From NCBI RefSeq assembly GCF_006345805.1, contig NC_043005.1:54746001-54810000 (forward strand): a stretch of DNA of 64,000 bases. Reading direction: 5' to 3'. Within the stretch, counting starts at the first letter, position 1. Every line of letters starts with the position of its first letter. Below, piece by piece: positions 40,064 through 52,654 of the stretch. Source of the DNA: Octopus sinensis. Its lineage: Eukaryota. The position numbers and the translations under genes are program-made. The notes beneath the pieces are model-generated. The model was not told the origin of the DNA and did no database searches. It saw only the letters and a list, made by a program, of their open reading frames with translations.

Positions 40064-40374
40064 GGAGGCGCAATGGCCCAGTGGTTAGGGCAGCGGACTC
40101 GCGATCATAGGATCGCGGTTTCGATTCCCAGACCAGGCATTGTGAGTGTTTATTGAGCGAAAACACCTAAAAGCTCCACGAGGCTCCGGCAGGGGATGGT
40201 GGTGATCCCTACTGTACTCTTTCACCACAACTTTCTCTCACTCTTACTTCCTGTTTCTGTTGTACCTGTATTTCAAGGGGCCGGCCTTGTCACTCTCTGT
40301 GTCGCGCTGAATATCCCCGAGAACTACGTTAAGGGTGCACGTGTCTGTGGAGTGCTCAGCCACTTACACGTTAT
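40064..40374 (+). mobile_element. tRNA-derived SINE family D with intact Pol III boxes
   Basis: A box TGGCCCAGTGG, B box GGTTTCGATTCC, followed by a ~240-bp non-tRNA body. Confidence 0.75.
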
Positions 40375-41442
40375 TAATTGAGTGCTACAGATGTATTGAG
40401 TGCTACAGATGCTGGATCAGTTGTGTCATGGGCTTTCATACAATTCACCTCTAATAATGGGATACGATCTCTCAACACTTCATCTTGTAGATTAACACTA
40501 TTCTCTTGGGTAGTGGAAACTCCACTTGGTGCACCATGGTGTCGAGTCATCAAAAGAAACGTATTTGAGTTAGTGATATTAGTTAAAGGGAAATCTGTTT
40601 TTATTTTTTTTTTTTTTTTTTATAATTATCTTTTTTTTTTTTCACAATCTTGACAACTACAAAGAATTTTCTATCTGCAAAATTTCTTTGCAGTTGTCTA
40701 CATTAAAATAATTTGATTTAATAGGAAAAGAAAAAAAAAATTAAGTTTCAGTCAATAAAATAATTTGCTATGTCTGAAATGTTTGGAACAGTAAATTTCA
40801 AAGGTAACTTTAATTTAATATTGGGAAATATTATTGCTGTTGTTCTGGAGACGGCGGGCACCAGATAACAGTGAGACACAATATGGAGACAGAGAAGAAC
40901 AACAAAAACAAGACAAAAAGAAAATACAAAAAAATCATGAAATTGCTAAAATAAAAAAAATTTTGGAAAAAAAAAGTATAAAGCAGCTAAGTCGTAAAGA
41001 TTTTAACAAGTTTTCTATTGAAGCAAAGCGATTAAATGGTTAAGGTTCTGGTCAATCAATTCATAGATCAGGGTTTCAAATCTACAGTAGGATGTAGTTG
41101 AATTGCTATTCTATATTTTTGAGATGAGGAATTATATACATTATTTACAATGGACGGAGAGATGTCCTCATTTTGCTTGTTGTTAACAACAAACAAGATG
41201 GAGACACCTAACCATCCATTGTAGATAAGGTAGCGAGCTGGCAGAAATGTTACCATGCTGGGCGAAGTACTTAGCACTATTTCGTCTGCCTTTATGTTCT
41301 GAGTTCAAATTCCGACGAGGTCGACTTTGCATGGTGACTGTTAGTCTTCCATTAACAACCTTGCTCAAATTTGTGCCTCCAAGGGGAATTTTCTGGGTGC
41401 AATTCCATGGTCATTCATGACTAAAGAGGTCTTTGTATATAT

Positions 41443-41543
<101 letters not shown>

Positions 41544-41634
41544 TTCTGTTGTGTCTGGGGAGAGTCATTTTCTTTTTGTGCCTTATAATGTAACACACTC
41601 ACCGGTAAAATTTCCACTTATTATTTTTATTTTC

Positions 41635-41670
41635 CTAAAATTTTCGTTGCATTTTGCAACTTTTCAATAG
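41635..41670 (-). ncRNA. Hammerhead-like motif with compensatory U3:A8 core
   Basis: Minus strand: cta TTGAAAA gttgca aaa tgcaac GAAA at TT tag; adjacent to a long (TA)n. Confidence 0.55.
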
Positions 41671-42187
41671 TCTTGACTCTGTCCATTATTTACACTGCGT
41701 TCCCTTTTGTTTGTTTGTGTGCATGTGTGCAGGTCAGTGTGCATGTGTGTGCCTATACATGCATGTATGTATGTATGTATGAGTGTGTTTGCATGTCTAT
41801 GTATATATGTGTATGTATGCATATATATATCTGTATGTATGTGTGTGCATCTGTATGTACGTATCCTGCATATTTATGTGCTTGCATGTCCGTGTTTGTG
41901 TATTTTCTATATGTGTGCGTGAGCATGTGTTTGTATATGTATGCACCTCTGTCTCCTTGTGTGTGTATGTCTGTCTGTGTTTGTGTGTGTTATGCAAATA
42001 TGTAACATGTTTGTATGTATGGATGTGCATCTTTATATGTGTGGATCTATGTTTCCATATGTGTCTGTTCTTGTAACCTATGTACCTATCCATCTGTATG
42101 TTGATGTGATAATTTTCATATCTATATGCTTACATACAGAAAAAAGTATGTGTGTGGGGGTTTGAGTGTGTGTGTATGCACCTTTTT

Positions 42188-42560
42188 TCAGGAAGTTTCA
42201 TCCTTGGAACTTTCTGGGAAATCATCGGAACTTTCCAGGAAGTCTGATCCTCGGAACATTCCACGAAGTCTCTCATCCTTGGAACTTTCCAGGAATCCAT
42301 CGGAATTTTCTAGGAAATCTCATCCTTGGAATTTTCCAGGAAATCTTATTCTCGGAACTTTCTAGGAAGTCCTCCGAACTTCACATTAAGCCTCTCATCC
42401 TCGGCATTTTCCAGGAAGTTTCAACCTCGGAACTTTCCAGGAAGTCGCCGGAATTTTCCGGGACCTCTCATCCTCGGAACTTTCCAGGAATCCTTGGAAC
42501 TTTTCAGGAATTCCTCGGTATTTTCCAGGAAGTCTCATTCTTGGAACTTTCCAGGAAATT
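42188..42560. repeat. Minisatellite, units ~20-27 bp (GGAAGTCTCATCCTCGGAACTTTCCA)
   Basis: About 15 degenerate units visible. Confidence 0.9.
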
Positions 42561-42570
42561 GTCCCTCTGT

Positions 42571-42776
42571 AAGGTGGTGAGCTGGCAGAAACGTTGGCAC
42601 GCCGGGTGAAATGCGTAGCCGTATTTCGTCTGCCATTACGTTCTGAGTTCAAATTCCGCCGAGGTCGACTTTGCCTTTCATCCTTTCGGGGTCGATACAA
42701 TCGACTTAATCTGTTTGTCTGTCCTTGTTTGTCCTCTCCGTGTTTAGCCCCTTGTGGGTAGTAAAGAAATAGGTAT
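42571..42776 (+). mobile_element. SINE family B, CpG-rich copy
   Basis: GGTGGTGAGCTGGCAGAAACGTTGGCACGCCGGG..AAATTCCGCCGAGGTCGACTTTGCCTTTCATCCTTTCGGGGTCGAT. Confidence 0.9.
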
Positions 42777-42899
42777 CGTTAAGAGTTCATCCAATGAGTT
42801 TTTGGAGGGATTTTTTAATGTTTCAGTCGTCTCTTTTATATTCCTTTTAATTTAGATTGGTAGTGAACAGTTGAGGGAACTCTAAATGTCAGATTGTTA

Positions 42900-43790
42900 C
42901 AATAGAGTATTTTAGCCCATGATTTCGAACGTAGTATATTTGCAAGCTTAAAATATATAATCATTTGACATGATTACACCTAAGTCCTGTATGTCATTAG
43001 TGCTCTGAATCATTATGTTACTTTGGGTCAAATGTTGCGATTTGGGTGAATTCGTTTGTAATGAAGAAGCTGAAATTTTGATGTACTAATTTTCATATTT
43101 TTTCTGGTTTTCCTAGCCATCGATATTTTTGTGTAATTCGTTCCCTGATGTATACAACACATTACAGGTAACTTAGAGAGAAATCCATTTGCAGTAACAG
43201 GTTGACCCCTACCGTATAAGGAGTTAAAGAACCGTTCTCTGACTTTTCCTGTGATACCAAGATTTCTAAAATTATGACAGATGATTCCATGATCAGTCTT
43301 GTCAAACGCCTTAACAATATCAAGGTATTAACAGTCAATGGTCTTTTCCCTTAAGAGATTATTAGAGGTAGTGTTATGATGCTGTAAGAATTGTGACAGG
43401 CAACTTCGTTCAGTCCGAAACCTATACCGAGTGTCAGCTAAGTTGTTTTCCTCCAGGTATGTTATTACTTTTTGTCTTCGGACAAGGCGTTGGATAATTT
43501 TAGATGTGTAAGACATGAGGGAAACAGGTCTGTAATTTTTAGCTTCAGCACTGCTACCTCCTTTGTACCTATATAGGTTTTATTATAGCTTCTTTCAATA
43601 GTCTCGGGAATATGGCGGTATCTGGCGACTTTTGAAATAATACATTTAATGATTTCATGAGGCGGTTTTTGCACGTTTTTTAGCAATATAACTGGAATAC
43701 TATCTAGTACAGATGCTGAGTTTGAGTCTAAATCATTAATAGCCACAAGTATATCAACTTCCATGATATTAATTTTAAGTTGTGTCTCTA
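42900..43790 (-). pseudogene. Decayed CR1/Jockey-group LINE RT fragment
   Basis: VDILVAINDLDSNSASVLDSIPVILLK; KVITYLEENNL..FRTERSCLSQFLQH; YLDIVKAFDK.DH. Confidence 0.7.
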
Positions 43791-43794
43791 CACT

Positions 43795-44850
43795 TGAGTT
43801 GTGGGATCAAAGAATTCGCTTGGATTATGCATGGGGCTGCGATACGGATTATGCACGGGGCTGCGATACGGACAGGGAATGCGGCCTTCCGCCTGTTGAA
43901 ACGAAAGTGTCGGGTATAGAGTTTGCGATCATGCTCATGAAGACCTCTATCCGGCACAGGGGTGAAAATCTCCGCAAATGGTAGGTTTACATGTCCGTTG
44001 AAGATGTTGAAAGCCGGATGAGATCTCCCTGCATCCTCCATCATTTGAGTGAAGGCAATACCAGCCGTTGGAGATGTTCCTCTTACGCAAGCTTAGACAA
44101 GCCCGCGCCCATTTGGGTGGCCAAGTGCTGAACCTGTTCCAGATGCTGAATGTCTTTCTGGAGATATGGGTTTGAGGTATGGATGCAATATTCGAGAATG
44201 GGTCGAACTAGAGTGACGCATACAGGCTGAAAGACGCCCATTGGAAGGTTGGCAAAGGATGAGGAAAAGATTCCTTCTGGCTTTGTTTGAAGTCACCAAT
44301 GGATGAATCTTGAATGCTCGAAGATTTCGCACGAGAAGTTGGTGATCAATGGAGTCAAACGCCTTTGCGAAGTCCAAAAATACCACGCCCACCGAGTCTG
44401 TTTCATCCATGGTCCTTATAATCCATTCTTCAAGAAGAAGAAGATTTATTAGGCAAGATCTTCAGGGTAGAAATCCATGCTACGAGTCGAATATTTATTT
44501 GTACCATAAACAGATAATTGTATAATGCTTTGGTTGGAAATAGCTGTGGGAATGACCTGAACATTGTGAATAAAAACAAAGTCGAGTATGTTATTTTCCC
44601 CTAATTGGACGAGTAATGAATTGTTGTAAGTCTTTTGTTGTATCGAAGAAAGCGTTCATATCTCTCCAATTCAGTTGCTTAGTTCCAGGCTGGATATAAT
44701 CCTCGGACCAGCTAAGATTAGTAAAATTAAAGACCCCTGTTAAAAGCATATTAACCTGTGTGCTGGCCTCAGCTAGAGTTAGACTTATGAGCAAAAAAAA
44801 AGCACCTCTGAAGTGATCTTCGGGGCTAACCGCGTTAGGATGATGGTAGG
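43795..44850 (-). pseudogene. Second, internally deleted CR1-like LINE (endonuclease, RT and C-terminal pieces)
   Basis: MLLTGVFNF..SW; VGVVFLDFAKAFDSIDHQLL; LVRPILEYC..; LYTRHFRFNRRKAAFPVR. Confidence 0.75.
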
Positions 44851-45246
44851 TAATGCTTTTAATATCATTTCTTTTTTATATAGATTAGTCTGAGATTGTT
44901 GAATACATTTCTTCCCAAATTAGGTAATTTCGGGGCTGGTCCACAATCATTTATAGCTAAATGTTTCCTTTCAAAATCTTTTTTTTCATTTTTTTATTAA
45001 ACTGGACTAGTATTTCGAATGAGCAATAAATATCAAAGCATTTAACAATGAGCATTAAATATCAAAATAAAAATAAATCATTTTGTTCCCTTGTCAAACT
45101 TAGCAGTTTGGCAAAACAGACTGATAGAATCAGTGCTAGACTTACAAAGAATAAGTCTTGGGGGTTGATTTGCTCGACTAAAGGCGGTACTTCAGCATGG
45201 CCACAGTCACATGACTGAAACAAGTAAAAGAGTAAAGAGTAATATA

Positions 45247-45476
45247 CAGTGTTGGCCAAAAGTCACCTGACAGTAAATGAAAACCATTTAATTCCAAGAT
45301 ATATTTATGTTTAACAACTGAATGAATTTGATAAAAGCATCTAAATATGAAACATGAAAATTGTTCAAACTGAACTCCTTCTTGAGTGACACATTTTTCC
45401 ATTCAAGTCAATACAGAATTACAGATAGTATTTATGGAATTTTAATTTACTGTTGGGTAACTTTTGGCCAACCCTG
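45247..45476. mobile_element. Tc1/mariner-type MITE, 230 bp, TA target-site duplication
   Basis: TA|CAGTGTTGGCCAAAAGTCACCTGACAGTAAAT...ATTTACTGTTGGGTAACTTTTGGCCAACCCTG|TA. Confidence 0.88.
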
Positions 45477-45870
45477 TATGTAATGAAGACAGCAAGCTGG
45501 TAGAATCACCACCATGTCAGACAAAATGCTTAGCAGCATTTCTTCTGACTTTATGTTTTGAGGTGGAACATAACCAGGGTTGAATTTGCCTGTCATTCTT
45601 TCAGAGCCAATAAAACAGACACCAGTTGAGCACTGGAGTTGTTGAAATAGACTTGCCCACCTTTTCTGAATTTGCTAGCCTTGTGCCAAAATTTGAAACC
45701 AATATTTGCAATGCTTTAAAAAAAATAATTTGCCCACTTACCTGAGTTCTTTTCGCTTCTGAAATCATGATATTAGTGATTAGGACACCTGGGATTATTA
45801 TAAAAGTTCCACATGTCTGAAGTTGGTAACAGGAACCTATACTTGTGTATTCATCTGAAGATAATCTTGC

Positions 45871-46268
45871 AGGAGTGGCTGTGTGGTAAGTAGCTTGCTT
45901 ACGAACCACATGGTTCCAGGTTAAGTCCAACTGTGTGGCACCTTGGGCAAGTGTCTTCTACTATAGCCTTGGGCCAACCAAAGCCTTGTGAGTGGATTTG
46001 GTAGACGGAAACTGAAAGAAGCCTATCGTATATATATGTATATGTATGTATGTGTATATGTTTATGTCTCTGTATTTGTCCCCCCAATATCACTTGACAA
46101 CCGATGGTGGTGTGTTTACATCCCTGTAACTTAGCGGCTCAGCAAAAGAGACCAATAGAATAAGTACTAGGCTTCGAAAGAATAAGTCCTGGGGTCAATT
46201 TGCTTGACTAACAGCGGTGCTCCAGCATGGCCACAGTCAAATGATTGAAACAAGTAAAAGGGTAAAAG
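45871..46268 (+). mobile_element. SINE family A, full length
   Basis: Head AGGAGTGGCTGTGTGGTAAG to tail TGAAACAAGTAAAAG. Confidence 0.92.
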
Positions 46269-47009
46269 TGTATATACAGAACTTTCAAAATTGACCACAT
46301 TGAGCTATTTTTAGGAAATGTTTAGATCAGGTGTTCATAATTTGGGGCGTGCTTAATTTCTGTGGAATATGGGAACCCCTAGTTCTATCAATTGTGTCAT
46401 TTCTAAAAGTAAATTCTAAAACCCTTGGGGTTTTCTTACCTGTTCTGTACCTGGTTATCTATATCTTTTATCATTTATCTTTCATTTGTTCCAGTCATAA
46501 GACTGCAGTCACGCTGAGGCACCACCTTGAAGAATTTTTAGTCAAATGAATTGAACTCAGTACTTCTTTTTTTAAACCTGGTACTTATTCTATCCTGCAA
46601 TGGACTGGTGTCCCGTCCAGCTGGAGGGAACGCATACACCATAGAAACTGGGAAACTGGGCCTATGAGCCTGGCTAGGCTTGAAAAGGGAGCATAAAGAA
46701 AACAATACTTATTCTATCCAGTTCTTTTGCTGAACTTCTATGTTATTGGGATGTAAACAAACCATCACCAATTGTCAAGATAAAACCAAATAATTTAATA
46801 TTTTTTGAAACCATGCTAGCACCTAAGACTGACAATCAAGATGTTTTCAGCAATCTGGTAAAGGGACTGGTGGGGGCATATATTGGGCAACTTTGGGTGG
46901 TTGAGGGTTTAAGAAAGGTTAAGTTGACCTCAGCGAGCTTTGAGCATTTGAATTCAAGAAGGACAAAGTCAAATGCTTCAATGAATTTATCTCAGCAATT
47001 ATATAAGCA

Positions 47010-47440
47010 GAGGCATGGCTCTATGTGTTTAAGTAGTTTGCTTCTGAACCACATGGCTTTGGGTTCAGTTCCACTGTGTGGTACCTTGTCTTTTACTATA
47101 GACCTGAGCCAACCAAACTTTCTGATTGGATCTGGCTGTCAGAAACCAAAACAAATCTGGTAATATATATGCATAGATTTGTGCATGAGTGTGTGCTTCT
47201 GTTTGTGTGTGTGTGTGTGTGTTAACATCACATGATAATTGTAAAACATGTGTCACCATTATATAAGAAATGTCATTCATTTCCAATCTTCCAGGAAAAT
47301 ATGTCTGATCATGGGGAAGTATTAAATACCTTGGAAACAAGAGAATGTTAGCAACAGGAAGAGCATCCAACTGTAGAAAATCTTACCTCAATGAATTCCA
47401 CCTGACTCATACAAGCACAGAAAAGTGGACATTAAATTAT

Positions 47441-47492
<52 letters not shown>

Positions 47493-47577
47493 GGTAGTGA
47501 TGATGATAATGATGACGATGATGATGATAATGATGATAATGATGATGATGATGATGATGATGACGATGATGTTGACA

Positions 47578-47611
<34 letters not shown>

Positions 47612-47660
47612 CAATGATGATGACAATGATGATGACAATGATGATGATGATGATTACAGT
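47010..47660 (+). mobile_element. SINE with family-A-like head and RTE-derived tail, followed by an expanded (GAT)n
   Basis: AACCACATGG..GGTTCAGTTCCACTG head; tail CAACAGGAAGAGCATCCAACTGTAGAAAAT..GGACATTAAA.(GAT)n; related minus-strand piece at ~63520-63730. Confidence 0.7.
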
Positions 47661-49341
47661 AGTTCATATAGTTATACTCTTGGAGCCTCAACAAGGTTGC
47701 TCAAACAGCTAGAAAAATCAGCCACATCTTTCCCAAATCACACCACATCATATGAAAATAAAATGAAGGACACACTAATATTAATGTATTCCTAGATACA
47801 CCTCACCCGACCAAAGGAAAAAAGAAAATACGTAGAATGTATATGGAATGGTTACTGCTTGAATATCTTTGATCATTGGTCTGCTTCATTAGGGTTGACC
47901 CGAAGCTGAACAACAAACAACAACAAAAACCACATGAGATTTTACGCATAATAATCAAGAGAGAAGGTGTTTTTTTGTTTGTTTTCTTTTTTTTTACAAA
48001 CCTGTTTACTCTTCATTTGATAGACTGAGGCCTGTAGGAGTAGAGTTTAGTTAACCTTGTAATTCCGTCACACAAAGTACATAACAAACATGCATGTGCA
48101 ACTGATTATAATATATTTTAAAGTGTTTGGGGCAATATTTTTTTAGTTTCATTTTCATCTTAATTAGAAAGTCTTCATGTTACTATTTTGTCTGTGTACA
48201 GCACTGTTGCAAAATAAATAAAAACAAAAAGATGAAATAAAATAAAATAAAATGGAATTATGTCTGTAGCTATAGGCTACCATATAAATTTGGATATTCT
48301 AGAAAAATAATTATGATACTTCTATATTTTCAATTTTTGAGAAAATATGAAAAATTGTTATTTCTATTTTCAAATTCCATTCGTATTACAAAAAAATTTT
48401 TTCTTATGAACAGAAATGAGAAATTCAAGTACTTTCCATATTTCAAAAAACAAAAATGCAAAAACAACAAAAAGACAGGAAAAAATCCTTAGTTATTCTG
48501 ATTTGAAATTTCCAGATTGATAAAAACTGAAAAATGTTCTTAAATCTTAATTTCTGTTATTAAACTTTGAATATGAATTGAAATTAAGTATTTTAAAAAA
48601 TATTTTCTTAATATAATGATTGGAAGCAGTGAGTAATGCATTTGAATACTTTTAAAATAGCATTATTTTTACCTAAAAAAAAAAAAAGACTTTTATCAAA
48701 AGGCAGTTGGAATGAAAATGCAGAAAATATAATAGAAAGGAAAAAAGATTTAGAAATAAAAGAAAATTTCTGTAATTAAACTATCAACAGAATTCTGCTG
48801 TGAGCATATTGCATCGATGTTTTTTAATGCAGCCCAGAGAGCAGTCAAAAATATGCACTCAGTTGATTTTTCATTTTAGTGGAATATTATTTATGCCATA
48901 CATATTTCAACTCTGAGATTTGTAAGTTTCTTAATGGGCATATCAGCTGATTTCAGAATGCTAGCAACCGTTCTTGTTTTTTCAGCTAACATGAGGTAGC
49001 CAATAATTAGTTTACTTCTGAAATATTGACTTTAAATTTTGGCACAAGGCCAGTAATTTCAGGGGATGGGGCTAAGTCAATTACATCCACCCCAGCATTC
49101 AACTGTTACTTATTTCATGGAGTCTAAAAGAATGAAAGGCAAAGTCAAACTCAGTGGAATTTCAACTCAGAACATAAAGACAGATGAAATGCCGAGAAGG
49201 ATTTTGCTCCACATGCAAATGATTCTGCCAGCTCTGTCACTACTTTTGGAATATTGGCAGACAGTCTGTCAACCACTTCCATGATTTTTAACTAATTTTC
49301 ATGCACTGCTCTCTCACTTGATAATAATAGTAGTAGTAGTA

Positions 49342-49393
<52 letters not shown>

Positions 49394-49413
49394 TGATGAT
49401 GATGATGATGATG

Positions 49414-49460
<47 letters not shown>

Positions 49461-49474
49461 CAGATATCATTGTA

Positions 49475-49940
49475 AAAGATCAGACAAAAAGGATGTGTTT
49501 ATTAATTGACATGAGTATTCCCTGTGATCTCAATATAGCGGCGAAAGAATATGACAAGTTTAGTAAATATAAAGACCTGCTAATGGAAATTGAAAAAATG
49601 TGGCATCTCAAGGCGACTACAGTACCAGTGATTGCAGGATCTCTAGGAATGATAAAAAAAGGCAATGAAACCTATTTGAAAATGATTCCAGGATTACCAT
49701 CTCTACAGGAAGTGCAAAAAATCGTATTAACTGGAATGGATCATGTACTGAGAAGAGCACTATCGCTGTGAAAATAACTTCCATCCATGAATTTATTTAT
49801 TTATTAATTTTTAAATACATTTTTTATCTGTGAATTTGCGCATGTAATCTGGGAATGCATACAATGAGCTTCTCTGCCCTAGATGTATGGAAAACACTTG
49901 GCAAGAAACGGAAGAAAATTTGAAGACAGAAGGAAAAACA
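49475..49940 (+). pseudogene. R4/Dong-like 3' fragment in (TAA)n
   Basis: CLLIDMSIPCDLNIAAKEYDKFSKYKDLLMEIEKMWHLKATTVPVIAGSLG..LQEVQKIVLTG..LRRALSL*. Confidence 0.88.
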
Positions 49941-50159
49941 TAATAATAATAATAATTAATTAATTAATTAATTATTTGACATGAGTATTCCTTGTGATCA
50001 CTGACTCCAGTACTTAACTGGTGCTTAATTTATCAACCCTGAAGTCGACCTCAGTAGAATTTGAACTCAGAATGTAGCAACGGGCGAAATATCGCTAAGC
50101 ATTTCATCAAGCATACTAACAATTCTGCCAGCTAACCACCTTTATAATAATAATAACTA

Positions 50160-50760
50160 GATATGATACAACACACACAAATGAAAGAGAAGATAAGAAA
50201 GGAATACTATAGATGAGTTAGGTTAATACTGAAAACAGAACTCATTGCAAAAAACAAGGTAATAGGTATCAACACTTTAGCTGTCCCAGTTATAAGTTAC
50301 ATCTACAATATTCTTAACCGGACTCTAAATGAACTAATTAAAATATACAAGAAAGCAAGAAAAATAAGGACAAGATTTAGAATGCTCCACCCAAAATCTG
50401 ACATAGAAAGGTTATATATAAAATGTATCAAAGGCAATAGAGGTCTTATGCAGGTAGAAAACTATTACAAAATAACCACAATATGATTACAGAAATACTT
50501 ACTTCAAAAGAAAAACTAGTACAAATAACCTCAACACTCGAACAAAACAGACTGCTGTTTTCTGTTTTTAAGGAAGCTGATAAATACAAATAGGAAGTCA
50601 TAGTACCTAACAACTATGAAGATAAAGAAGAAACAACAAAAGCTGTAAAACAACTGAAATCCAAACTAAAACTGGAACAGCAATATATCATAATAAAATG
50701 GGGGCAAGAAAAGCCTCTATGTGGCAAATATTGGATTAAGCTAAACAGAAAAGAGATAGC
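50160..50760 (+). pseudogene. R4/Dong-like RT-thumb fragment
   Basis: Translates to RLILKTELIAKNKVIGINTLAVPVISY..MLHPKSDIERLYIK..GNRGL; starts after a (TAA) run. Confidence 0.75.
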
Positions 50761-50840
50761 AATTGCAGCGTGGAAGGTGTTTATAAGCCATTTAAGAAAC
50801 ACACAAAAACTGTTAGATTCACTTCAACATTTAAATTTAA

Positions 50841-50891
50841 TTTGTCAAAATATTTTCGTCGCTTTGAGACCAAGACCTGTTCACTGACAAA
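50841..50891 (-). ncRNA. Hammerhead-like motif with compensatory G3:C8 core
   Basis: Minus strand: tttgtca GTGAACA g gtc..gac GAAA atat TT tgacaaa; 7-bp stem I, palindromic AATATT stem III. Confidence 0.6.
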
Positions 50892-51164
50892 ACACCGTGC
50901 TGCATCTTTGCATCTCCGCGATGCATTTCTCGTGAATGGAGGTTCATGAGGCGGTTGTGATCTGTAAACAGTTTTGAGTAAAAACTGGGAAATGACATAC
51001 GAACACACAGTGAATATGTGCACACTGGATTCATAAAACAAAAGAGAAGAATAAAAATGCAATGGTCTGCATGTCACGTCTGACAACACTATCATGCAGC
51101 TTTGGTGCGATTTTCTTGTTGCAAATATGAACTCAAGATCAATGACCTATTTAGCTAAATTCAC

Positions 51165-51166
<2 letters not shown>

Positions 51167-51215
<49 letters not shown>

Positions 51216-51570
51216 GTTTAACGTCCGTTTTCCGTGCTAGCATGGGTTGGACGGTTGAACCAGGGTCTGGGAAACCAGGCTCCAGTCTGATCTGGCAGTG
51301 TTTCTACAGCTGGATGCCCTTCCTAATGCCAACCACTCCATGAGTGTAGTGGGTGCTTTTTACATGCCACCGGCACAGGTGCCAGAGAAGGCTGGCAGCA
51401 GCCATGATTGGTCGGTACTTTTTACATACCACCAGCATAGGTGCCAGGGGAGGCTTGCAGCATCCACAATCAGTTGGTGGTTTTCACATGTCACTGGCAC
51501 AGAAGCCAGTCAAGACGGCGCTGGCATCTGCCACGTTCGGATGGTGCATTTTACATCCCACTGGCACAGG
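51167..51570 (-). mobile_element. RTE 3' UTR with long (ATC)n tail
   Basis: (ATC)n GTTTAACGTCCGTTTTCCGTGCTAGCATGGGTTGGACGG..CTGGATGCCCTTCCTAATGCC. Confidence 0.85.
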
Positions 51571-51784
51571 AGAAATAAATTATGAATGAAAAAATTAAAC
51601 AATTCAAAACAAAAATCCTTCAAATATGTAATAAGAAAACAACTTTAACAAAATATGCATTTTTGTTAGAGTACATGTCCTATGCAAATTTGCAAACTAA
51701 CAACAAGTTTCTGACTTAAAGTCTCATGACTGAAGAGAAGACACAAGAGTCCATGAGATATCTCTAAAATTTTTAGCATACATC

Positions 51785-52021
51785 GTGTGTGTGTGTGTGT
51801 GTGTGTGTGCATGCTTGTCTATGTGTGTGCATGTGTATGTGTATAAGTATGTATACATATATATATGTATAAATGTATATATATAAGGTATATATATATA
51901 CACACACATGTATATATTTATATCTATATATGTATCTATATATATATGTACGTATGTATATGCATGTATGTATATATATATATGTGTGTGTGTATATGTG
52001 TGTATATATGTATATATGTGG

Positions 52022-52092
<71 letters not shown>

Positions 52093-52142
52093 TATACATA
52101 TAGATATATATATGTATATATATATATATGTATATATATATG

Positions 52143-52216
<74 letters not shown>

Positions 52217-52283
52217 TGCATATACATATAGATATATATATGTATATATATATATTTATATATATGTATATATATATATATAC

Positions 52284-52365
<82 letters not shown>
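51785..52365. repeat. ~580-bp (TA)n-rich microsatellite
   Basis: Directly visible. Confidence 0.97.
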
Positions 52366-52366
<1 letters not shown>

Positions 52367-52605
52367 CCTATAAGAGAAAGATCTTGAGGGAATACATCAA
52401 TGTATGATAGAGAAAGCACCTGATCACCGGAATAAGACTGTTTTAAATAGCAAAATACTTTCTCTTACTTCATCTGCTTGATGGCACTATATCTAAGCTT
52501 GTTCCCAATAACACTTTGAAGATATATTTGTCTTATATTTCTCATAAACAACACATTAGTTCTTCTCTGTCCACATGTGTATTGACTGCTGTAATGTAAT
52601 CCATT

Positions 52606-52654
<49 letters not shown>

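Noticed and set aside
40064-40140. tRNA gene
   Set aside because: No proper acceptor stem or terminator; runs into a SINE body
47425-47712. Poly-Met/poly-His ORFs
   Set aside because: Expanded (GAT)n retroposon tail
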